A stretch of DNA of 64,000 nucleotides, from NCBI RefSeq assembly GCF_000143415.4, contig NW_003314279.1, positions 1,102,091 to 1,166,090 on the forward strand. Reading direction: 5' to 3'. Each line of letters starts with the position of its first letter. The first letter of the stretch is position 1. This DNA comes from Selaginella moellendorffii (taxonomy: Eukaryota > Plantae > Lycopodiophyta). Below, in pieces: positions 37,300 to 48,231 of this stretch. The notes beneath the pieces were generated by a model. That model was not told the origin of the DNA. It made no database searches and was given only the letters and a program-made list of their open reading frames with translations. The translations under genes were made by a program, and so were the position numbers.

Positions 37300-38435
37300 T
37301 CAAGAACGAGTGGAACGAGGATGTGAACGAGAACGAAGAGGAGGATGAGATGAGCGGCGAGGGATGGGAGATGGAGAAAAAGAATGAGGACTGGGACGAG
37401 AAGGATAGCGGCGGTGGAAGTCCTGAACAAGGTCAGGAGAATGAATCAGGTTGTCCGCAGGTTCCCAAGTGCGTTCCTCAGGTCCGTAACCCTTCCAGTC
37501 CACCAGATAGTAGAGTTTAGATCGTGAAATCTTGGAATCAAGGATGTCCTGAACCTCGTACTCAGACCCATCCTCGAGCTGCACTGGTGGAGGTGGAGGA
37601 ATGACCCGATTTGGAATAGGACTGGGAATATAAGGCTCAAGGAGAGAGGAGTGAAAAACGGGGTGAATTTGATATGAGGAGGGAAGTGCAAGGCGATAAG
37701 TGACAGGATTAATGATGGCAGTGATAGGGAAAGGACCAAGGCATTTGAAATCGAGTTTTGGACAGGGCCTGGTGGTGGAGATATTTCGCCTGAGGAGCCA
37801 GACTTTATCCCCGATATTGTAAGGGGGACAATCCTAACGATGGACATTGGCAAATGTTTTATGAGATTCCTGAGCACGATGGAGGTGGAAGGAGATGGAG
37901 TTGTGGATTTCCTGAAGGTTGGAGAGAAATGATTCAGAGCGGGGATTTGAACGAGAGGATTCAGATGGAGAAGGAAGTGAGAGATTGAATCGGGGATTTC
38001 AGCCAGAGTTCGCAAAGAAGGGGGAAACTCGAAGAGAGGAGTGAACGGAGTTGTTATAGGAGAACTCAGCAAGGGGAAGGATATCGAACCAGTTATCCTG
38101 ATGATAGTTGATGAAGCACCTCAAGAATTGTTCCAATGTCTGAATCGTTCGCTCGGACTGCCCATCAGTTTGAGGATGATATGCCAAAGAGAGGTTGGCC
38201 TTCACTCCAAGCAACTGCAAAAACCGTTGCCAGAAATGAGAGATGAACTGAGGCCCCCGATCCGAAACCACATCTGTAGGAATCCCATGAAGTCGGAAAA
38301 TTTCCCTGAATACCAGTTTTGCCATGTCCTCGCCCGAAAACTCCTTGGTACATGGCAAGAAGTGCGCCATCTTTGTGAAGCGATCCACCACGACTAAAAT
38401 GCTGTTGAAGCCTCCAGAACTCGGAAGATCACTCA
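37300..38435 (-). pseudogene. Integrase core/C-terminus plus chromodomain of the Tcn1-like element (inverted)
   Basis: SDLPSSGGFNSILVVVDRFTKM, SDRGPQF, HPQTDGQSER, YEVQDILD..YLVDWKGYGPEERTWEP; internal stops. Confidence 0.9.
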
Positions 38436-38494
38436 AGGCCTTCGCATGCTGATCTCGGCTGAGTGGGGATGTGAGGATGTAGTACATCTGAGAT

Positions 38495-38921
38495 GTGCCG
38501 GGGACTTACAGTCGGGCTCCTCAGATTCAGATTCAGGTGAAGGTACGTTTTCTCTCCTCTCAATATGCAAGCTCTAAATTGTTTTCTAAAGATGAAGAAT
38601 GATCCTCACCTTTCGAAAGGTGAGGATGATTTTATGGAGGAGTACCCTGACGCTATCCAACATGAGCTGAAAAACTTGAGCATCTCCAAAACATTTGCTC
38701 AACCTGACGCGTCAGGGTCAGCATCTACTGCTGCTACCGCTACCGCTACCAGAGACGAAAATTTGCCTGTGGACATGGACATCAACCTCCTTAAGAACCT
38801 GCTTGACTCGTACTCATCATAGCAAGGCCTGCCTGGACCAGCATCTAACGTCCTGGGAATGATGGGAATGCAGCTCCTAGACGACAAGGAGGAGCATAAA
38901 CATAAGACTTGGAGGAAGTGA
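38495..38921 (+). pseudogene. 3' fragment of ecdysoneless/SGT1 (copy A)
   Basis: Paralogous to 58671-59099 (NLLKNLLDSYSS*QGLPGPASN), with a premature stop. Confidence 0.85.
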
Positions 38922-39294
38922 TGTGACAAACTGCTTCAATTTGGACGAGACAGAGACGGAGACAAAGCTTCCCTTGTAGAAACCAACGAGTGGGACCATG
39001 GAGTGTGCAGACTCCACAGTTCATTACAACTTAAGACCACATGTTTGGACAAGAATGCTGCTCTTGCGGGATCCAAGAATTATATACTTCAGTTACCAGG
39101 TATTCATTTTTAAATTTTATGTTTTCTCACCTCACTTTTAGAATTCTTCTCCCAGATAATACTCAAAGCCACAATCTTGGAAACAGCACGTGTTTCCATG
39201 GTTCCAGAGTGAGGATCTAGAAAAACAACTAGATCACGAGGCAGTAAAGTCCCCAAAGCTACCAAATGAAGCAGCAAACCAACAAGCCGAGGGA

Positions 39295-39700
39295 GATGGA
39301 GAAGTGGCCAAAGAGGACTGCAGGAGCAGCCTCTGCATTGCTCACAGAGCTTCGTGGCTGTGGGCTCTCGTCCTTGGCACCAACAATGGCTTGGTCCTCC
39401 TAGGCGTGAGTGCCAGGAATGAGCGCAGCATCATCCTCTTGGGCATCACAGGCCTCATCACTGGCGTGTGCAGCATGGCAGTGGGAGAGTTCGTGTCGGT
39501 GTCCTCATAGTGCGACACCAAGGTGGCTGAGATAGAGAGGGAGTGGCAGCAGCATGCCGCCGGCAGAAGATGGAGGAGCTGGCCCAGATATATGTGACGT
39601 GCAGACTGATGCCTGAGAGAGGTGGTAGCACAGCTCTCCGGCAAAGGCCAGAACGTGGTTAAAGTTGGTGCTGGTTGGCGGAATGCTGCCCTTAGTCTTC
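39295..39700 (+). pseudogene. VIT/CCC1-family (nodulin-21-like) pseudogene fragment
   Basis: RASWLWALVLGTNNGLV...GLITGVCSMAVGEFVSVSS*. Confidence 0.75.
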
Positions 39701-40112
39701 AACAAGGTCTTTAACTTTAAGAGCTTTTAAAAATGAATAGGAGTTTAAATAAATGTGGAATATTTATATTCTAAGATTTTATTATTGTATAAAAAATATA
39801 ATGATGTCCTACTTAAAACAAATATAAACCCTGGGAAGTTATTCATTAACTTTCTTCTAAACTTTAGATTTTAGAAAAAAATCTGAAGTACTCATACATA
39901 AGAATAAACAATCAAGAAATTAAGTAAAATATTTCTCAAACACATTTTGCCTCCAAAGTAGTGAAGGTGTATTGGGATTGAGGTTAAAAGATGTTATGGG
40001 TTTTCTAAATGAAATATGATAGAATACCTTTTGTGTATATTATACATAATATTCACCATCTTCGTCTCATTAGCAATGGTAAAGGGATAATGAAAAAAAT
40101 GATTTTGCTTAA

Positions 40113-40395
40113 TGTAAACTCCTGAATTTGGACTTCTCAGGAGGTCACTCAGCCCAATACTATTCAAACCCAAGGACACTTAACTCTAATACTATTCAAA
40201 CCTAAGGACGCTTAACCCCAAGTATCCCAAAACCCTTAATTGATTGGAAAACGGGGTGCACTTTTATTCATGGGCCCTTTCCTTTTATATTTGAATTCCA
40301 TGGATTGTCTCTCAAGTCATTCTCTTTGGTTGCTTATAATTTACCACGCTTCCTTGCAAGTTCACGCCCTCGTGAATAGAAGCTGAGAGCCACAA
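40113..40395 (-). mobile_element. Partial Cassandra-like TRIM (3' internal part + LTR), inverted
   Basis: Reverse complement of about 40740-40988 with an internal duplication of about 28 bp. Confidence 0.8.
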
Positions 40396-40988
40396 CTTAA
40401 GCAACCAAAGAGAACGATTTGAGAAACGATCCATGGAGTTCAAATATAGAGGGAAAGGGCCCATGAACAAGAGTGCACCCCCTTTTCCAATCTATTAAGG
40501 GTCTTCGGATACTTGGGGTTAAGTGTCCTTGGGTTTGAATAGTATTGGGTTGGGTGACCTCCTGGGAAGTCCAAATTAAGAAGTTTACATTTGGTATCAA
40601 AGAGGTCTCAGATCCGACTCTATTGGTTGGCTAAGGGAATCATACCACATGTTAATTGACATCTGGTTGGTCCAATTTGCTCCTGCTGGGCTCGACCCGA
40701 GGGGTAAAGTGTCAAAAGAGCGGGGCTCTCGGGAGAGCTACGGCTCTCAACTTCCGTTCACGAGGGCGTGAACTTACAGGGAAGCGTGGCAGATTGTAAG
40801 CAACTAAAGAAAACGACTTAAGAGACGATCCATGGGGTTCAAATATAGAAGGAAAGGGCCCATGAATAAAAGTGCACCCCTTTTTCCAATTGGTTAAGGG
40901 TCTTGGGATATTTGGAGTTAAACGTCTTTGGGTTTGAATAGTACTGGGATGGGTGACTTCCCGAAAAGTCCAAACTTAGGAGCTTACC
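40396..40988 (+). mobile_element. Cassandra-like TRIM with 5S rRNA-related LTRs
   Basis: About 194-bp LTRs (40396-40589, 40795-40988), PBS TGGTATCAAAG, about 205-bp non-coding interior; the LTR contains GGTTAAGTGTCCTTGGG..TAGTATTGGGTTGGGTGACCTCCTGGGAAGTCC, matching plant 5S A/IE/C boxes. Confidence 0.88.
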
Positions 40989-41848
40989 TATGTGTTTAAA
41001 TCTGTTTGTTATATATTAATTAGTTCAAAACCCCTAGTTTATGTATAGGACTGAGTGGTCTAGATTGAAACCAATCTGATACTTATAAAAATCTCATTAT
41101 ACTAATATTAGTATATAATATTGTAATTGTACATTTGGACCTCACATCATCCTCTTCTCTTGAAAGGATGGAAGATAGTCAAAGTTCTATGATTGATGGG
41201 TTGGGATTTGGAAGAACATCAGGAGGAGGCATCGATGGATCTATAGGTGGTGTTAGTTATTCCTAATCCCTTTCTATGAAGTGTTTTAACTATTACAAAT
41301 CAATCTATTAAATGTTATATTCAACTTCATAAATTTGCTCCAACACTAAATATGGCCTTTTCTATTGGGTAAAGGGCCCTTTAGACAAACCATATACTAT
41401 AAGATTATGAAAATTGTAATGCACATAACTTTTACCTTTTACCCTATAGTATTTTACCATAGGATAACCATAAAGTAGAACCTTAAGCCTTAGACATGTG
41501 GGGTAAGGGTAGCAAAGCAGAACTCGAGTTCAAGGTCTTGGGCCACTGAACAAAAAGACAAAGCCTAACTCTTGAGCATGTAACCAAGGAGTGATAGACA
41601 TAAAACATGGAATAATTCATAAGCATTCAGATTAAGGAGTAAAGGAGCAAGAGCATGGAGCAATGTTGGAACAATCTTATAACTTCCAACTCCAATGCCA
41701 GGACTAATATGCAAAACAAAGTCAAATAGAATTTAATACTATTTTAGCATATTAATGGTCTAATGCGAGGATATAAATATTTCACCAGTTGACATGGTAT
41801 GGAACTTGGACTTGGACTTAAATTGGATGCAAAGCAAGGATAGGCATG

Positions 41849-42996
41849 TGTAAGCCACAAATTTTTCCTTTCCACTTTGCCAGCTTACCTCGCCTATCCG
41901 TCCAACACTGCCTTGGCTTTTGCTAAGTTCCCTCGCCAAGGTTCTCGCCTATGGTACCAGCTCCTACTTGGTTTCAGCTACTCACTGCACGAGCAACGGA
42001 GTGTTAGCCATCCTTCCATGGATTCCCAAATCACTCCCAATCCCCCTCCCCGGGTTAGACTGGACTTAAGGTTCGGCTACACTCCCCGCAAGCACAAGCA
42101 GCCAAGCACACCAAGCTTCCAGGTTCCTAACATCCCCTGGTACCACAAGACTTGATCATGGGACCCTCTAACTCCCAAGTCTTGAGTGCAACACTTGCTT
42201 CGGGACGCCGGGGCGAAACACCGTGGCCTAGCGGCCCGGTATGGGTACCTCTCGTCCCCCACTTCCATCCCGAAGGAAGGCCCAAGCCCCTAGGAAGGGC
42301 GAGGACCAATGAGCCGCATGGTACTCAAGTGGGGCACCACTCCACATGAGCCGGGAGCACCGCAATCGGTTTCCCTTTCGGGAGTGGGAGCTGCTCTTGA
42401 GCACTTCCTTGGATGGCCCCTCCGGCACCAGCCAAGTCCATGCTCACTCCCACCCAAGGCCCCTCGGTCCCAGTCCCAACCTCAAGTCGGTTTGGAAGCC
42501 CAACTGGAGAGTCCCTTCAAAACTGGTTCCTGGACCTCACTATCCCTACTATACTTTTGGAACCCCCTGCAGCCCCCCCCCCCTGGGAGACGCACGCTTT
42601 GGGCTTTCACCCCTTGACCCGTATTAGTATTTGGACTTAGTCTCTGGCTCGATCTCGGACCCGATTTCGGATCCGACTTCGGATTCGGGTTCGGACTCGA
42701 TCACGGACTCGATCTCGGACCCGATCTCGGACCCGACCTCGGACTCGACCTCGGACTCGGTCTTGGACCCGATTTCGGATCTCGGACTCCGTCTCGAACT
42801 CGGTCTCGAACTCGGACTCGAACTCGGTCCCCGAGTCGGTCTCGGACTCGATTCCGGACTCTATCTCGAACTCGGTCCTAGAGTCGGTCTTGGACTCGAT
42901 CCTCGACTTGGTCCCATCCGATGAACTCTTTGTCACTTCGGTCAAGCTTTTGGGGATCCTTTAGCCTACGACATCTCGGGGAGTCGGTTCCTTACA
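41849..42996 (-). repeat. 3' LTR (1148 bp) with a CTCGGA/CTCGAA hexamer-based array
   Basis: TGTAAG...CTTACA, near-identical to 48232-49379. Confidence 0.93.
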
Positions 42997-43399
42997 ACTC
43001 CACCACCCATAGAAGAAGTTCGATGCCCACATCGAACGTCTCGTTTTATCCTACGACTTGTTGTCCATGTCTCCGGGGGCATCCCCCCACTTAGCGGTGT
43101 GCCTAAGTTAGCCTCCCCGGCCAAGAGCCCATGACAACGGAATATAGGTGTCCCTATATTCCTCACCTCACCACGCCCTAGTATAGGGTCGGGACTTGAA
43201 CCCAGCCTTGCTTTACTAGGGGGTTGGGACTCGAACCCAACCTCCGTAGAATACGTCTACGGATTCGACATCCCCGCAGGGAGTCGGGCGTAGTGCCCTA
43301 CGCCTGGTCGACCTATCCAACCCATGCTAATTAGCTTACCTTTGGCGCGCCTTCGGGTCCCAACATATGCCATTTGCTCAACTTTGCAAATTGATATTT

Positions 43400-46300
43400 T
43401 TAATTGAATTTTGCATAAGTACATAAAGTTCTGCCTTGCAGAAATTCCTCCACTAGATCTCGTGCGTTCGCTAGGTTCTCCTCCGGTTCCCATGTTGCTT
43501 CGCAGTGTGGAAATCCTTTCCACTTCACATGGAACTCTCTCACCTCGCGTCCTTGTCGCTTGCTCTTGCGCGCATTGAGGATGGCCTCGACTTCGTATTC
43601 CTCTTCCCCTTGGATAACCTCAGGTAAAGGTCTCACTTGGTCCTTGCGAAGCGGATCCTCAAAGTACGGCTTGAGTAAGTTCACGTGGAACACTGGGTGC
43701 ATCTTCCCCATCTCTCGAGGAAGTCGGAGTCGGTAAGCCACTTTACCGATTCGTGCCTCAATTTCATAAGGCCCCGCGAACCTGCTTAAGGAACTCAAGA
43801 TCAATTCATTTACAGGAATACATGCGTCTTTACCTTTGGGTCAACTTTCGGCTGATCCAGCTTGGTAGTCTGAGGTTCTTGGTGTTCAGCCACACCTTCT
43901 CCCCAGCTTGGAACTCCACATCCCGACGCTTTTGGTTCGCGTACTTAGTTTGCCTTTGTTGAGCCCGTTCCAAGGAATCCCTCACTAGATTCCAAATGTT
44001 GAGTCTTTCCGCCGTGAATGCCTCCACTGCGGGTAACTCTCCATGATACTCGGCCACGCCGAGTTCCACAGGACCTTCAATAGCTCGCCCATTGATGACT
44101 TCCCATGGACTCACCCCGATGCTTGAGTGTGGTGAGTTGTTATAACACATTTCCGCAAGTCCCAAATGACTTACCCAGTCGGTCTGGTCTCCCGAGACAT
44201 AGCATCGCAAATAATCCTCCAGCTGCCTATTCACCCTTTCCGTTTGTCCGTCTGTCAAGAAGTGTTAGTGCCATCAATCTTGACTTAATACCCATTACCT
44301 GTCTGTGGGTGATAGGTTGTGCTGAATTTCAATTTGGTGCGATACTGTTCTAGGAGTGTCCTCCAGAACCTACTAGTGAAGATCTTATCTCGATCTGAGA
44401 TAATCTCTTCCGGCCTTCCCCGCACTCGAACCACTTGTTCAAAGAACAGCTTCGCCACACCTTCCGCATCCACGTCCGTTGTGGTGGGTATGAAATGTGC
44501 CATCTTTGAAAATCGGTCCACCACCACGAATATCGCATCGAACCCCTCGCTTGGGGGTAGTCCCGTGATGAAGTCCATCGTAAGACATTTCCACGGGCGA
44601 TCTGGAATTGGGATGCTTTGCAACAAGCCCCCACTAGCCTTAGTCACGGCTTTGACCTGCTGACATGTTGGACATGTCTTTACATAGTCTTGGACGTCCT
44701 TAGCCATATCTGGCCAATGGTACTTCCTCTTGAGTAAGCCCATCGTCTTGGGCACTCCGCCGTGTCCCGCAAGAGGTCCGTCATGACACTCTTCTAAGGC
44801 CACCTTCCTTAGTTCCCCTTCTGGAACATACACCCTCGTTTGCTTGTAATAAATGAGTCCGTTGCGTTCCGCATAGCCCGTTTTCTCTTCCGTTGGCAGC
44901 TCACCTCTCTGGTGAGCTTCCCGCGCCTCTAGATTCCTCAGCAACACTTCTTGTGCTAGACCATCGTTCTCATATGCTGTCCGCACATCGTCCCAGAAGG
45001 TTGCTGTTGCGCTGGATATTGCCAACTTCAAGCTCGCTTTTCGACTTAGCGCATCCGCCACGATGTTGCTCTTCCCAGGCTTGTACAGAATTTCGCAATC
45101 AAACTCGGCCAAGGCATTGGCCCACCGACCTTGTTTCCCTCTTAGGTCGGGCTGTGACAAGAAGTGTTTCGTTGCCACATTGTCCGTGTAAACCTTGAAG
45201 TGTCTCCCAAGGTAGTGTCGCCACTCCTTGAGTGCCTTGACCACCGCAAACAATTCCTTCTCATGGGCAGGCCACTTCCGTTGAGCCTTGTCCAGCTTCT
45301 TCGAGAAGAACGCTACCGGATGGTTGTCTTGCTTCAGAACTGCGCCCAACGCAAAGTCCGAAGCATCCGTTTCTACCTCAAAGTCCTTACCAAAGTCTGG
45401 CAATGCCAATACGGGAGCCTTTCTCAACTTCCCTTTGAGGTGGACGAATGCCGCTTCGCATTCTGCTGTCCATACCATCTTCCCTTTTCCTGTTTGGTCC
45501 GTTAAGGGCAGGGCTACTCTCGAATAGTGTCTGATAAACTTTCGATAGTAGTTGCATAGCCCCAGGAACGCCCTCAACTCATGTACATTCGATGGTCGCT
45601 CCCATTCCTGGATCGCTTGGACCTTCTCCGGGTCCACCTTGAGCCCGTCCTGGCCCACCACATGCCCGAGAAACTTTACCTCTTGTTGAGCAAAGTCACA
45701 TTTGCTCTCTTTAGCATACAGCTTGTGTTCCCTTAGTTTCTCAAACACCTTCGCCAAGTGTTCGGCATGCTCTTCTAGCGTCTCGCTATAGATCAGGATG
45801 TCGTCGATATAGACGACCACGAAGTGATCCAGATAGGGTACAAAGACATGGTTCATTAGCGCCGAAAACGTTGCCGGCGCATTACATAGCCCGAAGGGCA
45901 TCACCAGAAACTCAAAGCTCCCATACCTCGTTCGACAGGTTGTCTTCTCGACATCTTCCTCGGCTACCCTGATCTGGTAGTATCCTGACCTTAGGTCAAT
46001 CCTCGAGAAGTATTTTGCCTTTCCCAACCTATCGAACAGGTCCTCAATCCTTGGCAAAGGGTACTTGTTCTTCTTTGTATACTTGTTGAGCAACCGGTAG
46101 TCTATGCACATGCGCATAGATCCATCTTTCTTTTTCACAAATAACACCGGCGCCCCATACGGCGACTTGCTCAACCTAACATACCCTTTGTCCACCAACT
46201 CCTCTAGTTGGCACTTGAGCTCCTTGAGTTCTTTTTCGTTCAAACGATAAGGGGGACGAACCACTGCCTCAGCACCCTCGACCAGCTCAATCTTATGTTC

Positions 46301-48172
46301 TATCGGTCGTGCTGGGGGCAGCCCCGCCGGTAGCTCCTCCGGCATGGTATCCTGGAATTGGTCCAACACCCGCTGGATCACTAAAGGCACTTCTTCCGTT
46401 CTTGTCTTTTTGTCACTCTTCACCGAGAGTAAGCACAAAAAGGCTGCCTTAGTTCCTTTAGTGAGTTGTCCTCTCGTGGACACCAGGTTTAAGCAGGATT
46501 CTTTGGCCTTGCTTTGCCCTACCTTTAGATCCTGGGCTTCCACCCTAGATCTTCTTCCTTGGGCATTCGCCAGTACCACAAGGTTCCTACCTTGTCCATG
46601 TAGGGCTACCACGAATCGATTGAACCAATCCATTCCGAAGATCACGTCAAATCCCGCCATGTCCAACACGGTGAAATCCATGTCTACCTTCCATGTCCCT
46701 ACTTCGACTTTCGCTTGTCGAAGTACCTCATCGGTGCTTTGGCTACCTTGAACAAACTCTATAGTCCTTGGTTCGCCTAGCCGCTGCACCGTTAGTCCGG
46801 CTTGCCGGACTATGTCTGCAGCCACAAAATTATCCGAAGCACCCGTGTCAATAAGGATCTTAACAAAGCTACCTCCGAGCTTCCCTCGGAGGGCTAGTAG
46901 ATGTCGCGAACGACTCTCTACCAAAGTTGCTCGTGTAATGAGTAACTTTGAGTTAGGGACTGGATCACATACCTCATTTTGGACTTCGCCCGACTTGATG
47001 GCCATATTGGCTCTGGCCTTCTTCGGGTAGGGACATTCCCTCGAAAAGTGTCCCGCTTCACCGCAGTTATAGCATACGTTGTTTCCCACGCTGCTATATG
47101 ACTTGACCTTCTTATCCGTGGGTTTGTCTCTTTTCGCTTGACTCCCCCACGTACTTGCTCGCTGGCCACCGGATTTGCCTTTCCGAAATCCCGAGGACTC
47201 ATTCTTAGAGAAACTCTTCTTGAATTTCCCCCTGCTATATGTTCCCCTCGGTTTGGCCCCTTTGTGAAATGTGGATCCCGACCCCGTCGTGTTCCCCTTT
47301 CGCAGGTTATCGTTGAAATGCACCTTGATGGCCGCATCCAACGCTTCCTTGTAGTTGGTCGGGTTTCAGCGCATCACCTCACCGCGAGCCCAGGTTTGCA
47401 AACCTGATATAAAGGCATGGAACGCATCCATATCCCCCATGTCCGTGACAAGTATCCTCTTTGCCATGAACCCATTCACATATTCCTGGATGGTTCCAGT
47501 CTGCTTCAGCCTACTCAGCTCATCTCTCAGATGCAGAGTGGCATTCGGAGGAACGTATGTCGCGCGGATCCTCGCCTTCATCATGTCCCAGGTGGCCACC
47601 GGTCCTTCGTTGGCCTCCGTTGTTCTCCACCAAGACTTGGCATTATCTGCCAAGTATGGTTTTGCACATGGGACCTTCTCCGAGCTCGGTAACCGTAACG
47701 CTCGGAAGTAGTCCTCCATATCGTAAAACCAATCCTCCACAACCTTATAGTCGTTCACTCCCTTGAACACCGGTGGGGGCTTTGGTTTGTACTTGGGAAC
47801 TGCCTGAGGGACTGATTCCACTTCGGTCTGTTCGACCTTGTCTGGTTTTGCCTCAGTCCCTGCCGAAGGGTCCGCACCTTCTGCGCTGCCAGCATCCGCA
47901 GTCTTTCGCCTTTTCTTCCGTTTCTCATCACGCTTTAGCTTGCGTACGAGAGTCTCCAGCAGGGCATTGGTCTGCGCCAATTGACCTTCTAGAACGTCCA
48001 ATCGAGCCTTGGACGACCGAACCTCGCCACCGGACTCCTGTTTGGAAGTTTCCTCACTAGAGTCCTCCTCATGCAAGGATTCCTCATCCATAGCCTCTTG
48101 TTCGACCGGAGGCTCCAGCTCTGGCAGAGGTTCTGTCTCCGCCTGGGTTCGCTTACGCCCTGCCCTTGCCAT
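43400..48172 (-). CDS. gag-pol: Single-frame gag-pol polyprotein (Gag-PR-RT-RH-IN-chromodomain) with two introns and one premature TGA
   Basis: [41 protein letters not shown], chromodomain [21 protein letters not shown]; in-frame TGA at 47366-47368; introns 44252-44298 and 43782-43833. Confidence 0.9.
43782..43833 (-). other. Predicted spliceosomal intron 2 in integrase (52 nt)
   Basis: CAAAG|GTAAAG...TTCCTTAAGCAG|GTTC; removal restores KLTQRFAGPY. Confidence 0.88.
44252..44298 (-). other. Predicted spliceosomal intron 1 in integrase (47 nt)
   Basis: ACAG|GTAATG...CTAAC..TTCTTGACAG|AC; removal restores [13 protein letters not shown]. Confidence 0.88.
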
Positions 48173-48231
48173 CTCCCAGCAATCCGCCTCTATCCTTCGC
48201 TAGAACTGAGGAGAAGGCCCCGATACCAAAT

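Larger units (their letters stand above)
32292..38435. mobile_element. Tcn1/Tf1-sushi-like chromoviral Ty3/gypsy element with inverted 3' part
   Basis: 387-bp LTRs at 32292-32678 (+) and 36902-37288 (-), GTATC TSD, gag, PR-RT-RH-IN, chromodomain, PPT GAGGAGGGGG (- strand, about 37291-37300). Confidence 0.92.
31935..38494 (+). mobile_element. Non-autonomous TRIM-like LTR element hosting nested insertions
   Basis: 5' LTR TGTGAGGATGTAGTA...TCAACA (31935-32284); iMet PBS TGGTATC|GGAGC split by the Gypsy insertion; PPT GAGTGGGGA then a second TGTGAGGATGTAGTA at 38470, truncated at about 38494. Confidence 0.7.

Noticed and set aside
42631-42945. Repetitive ORFs (SDPISD / RVRD repeats), also at 49014-49328
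   Set aside because: Translations of the LTR hexamer array; not CRISPR and not credible proteins.
42900-42960. Possible hammerhead ribozyme in the LTR (CCGATGA)
   Set aside because: Lacks the CTGANGA...GAAA core and the required stems.
43338-43436. Possible third (GC-AG) intron after the chromodomain and a strong AAG|GTAAGC donor at about 43339
   Set aside because: Weak donor/acceptor, no conserved motif restored, no convincing downstream acceptor; needs RNA data.
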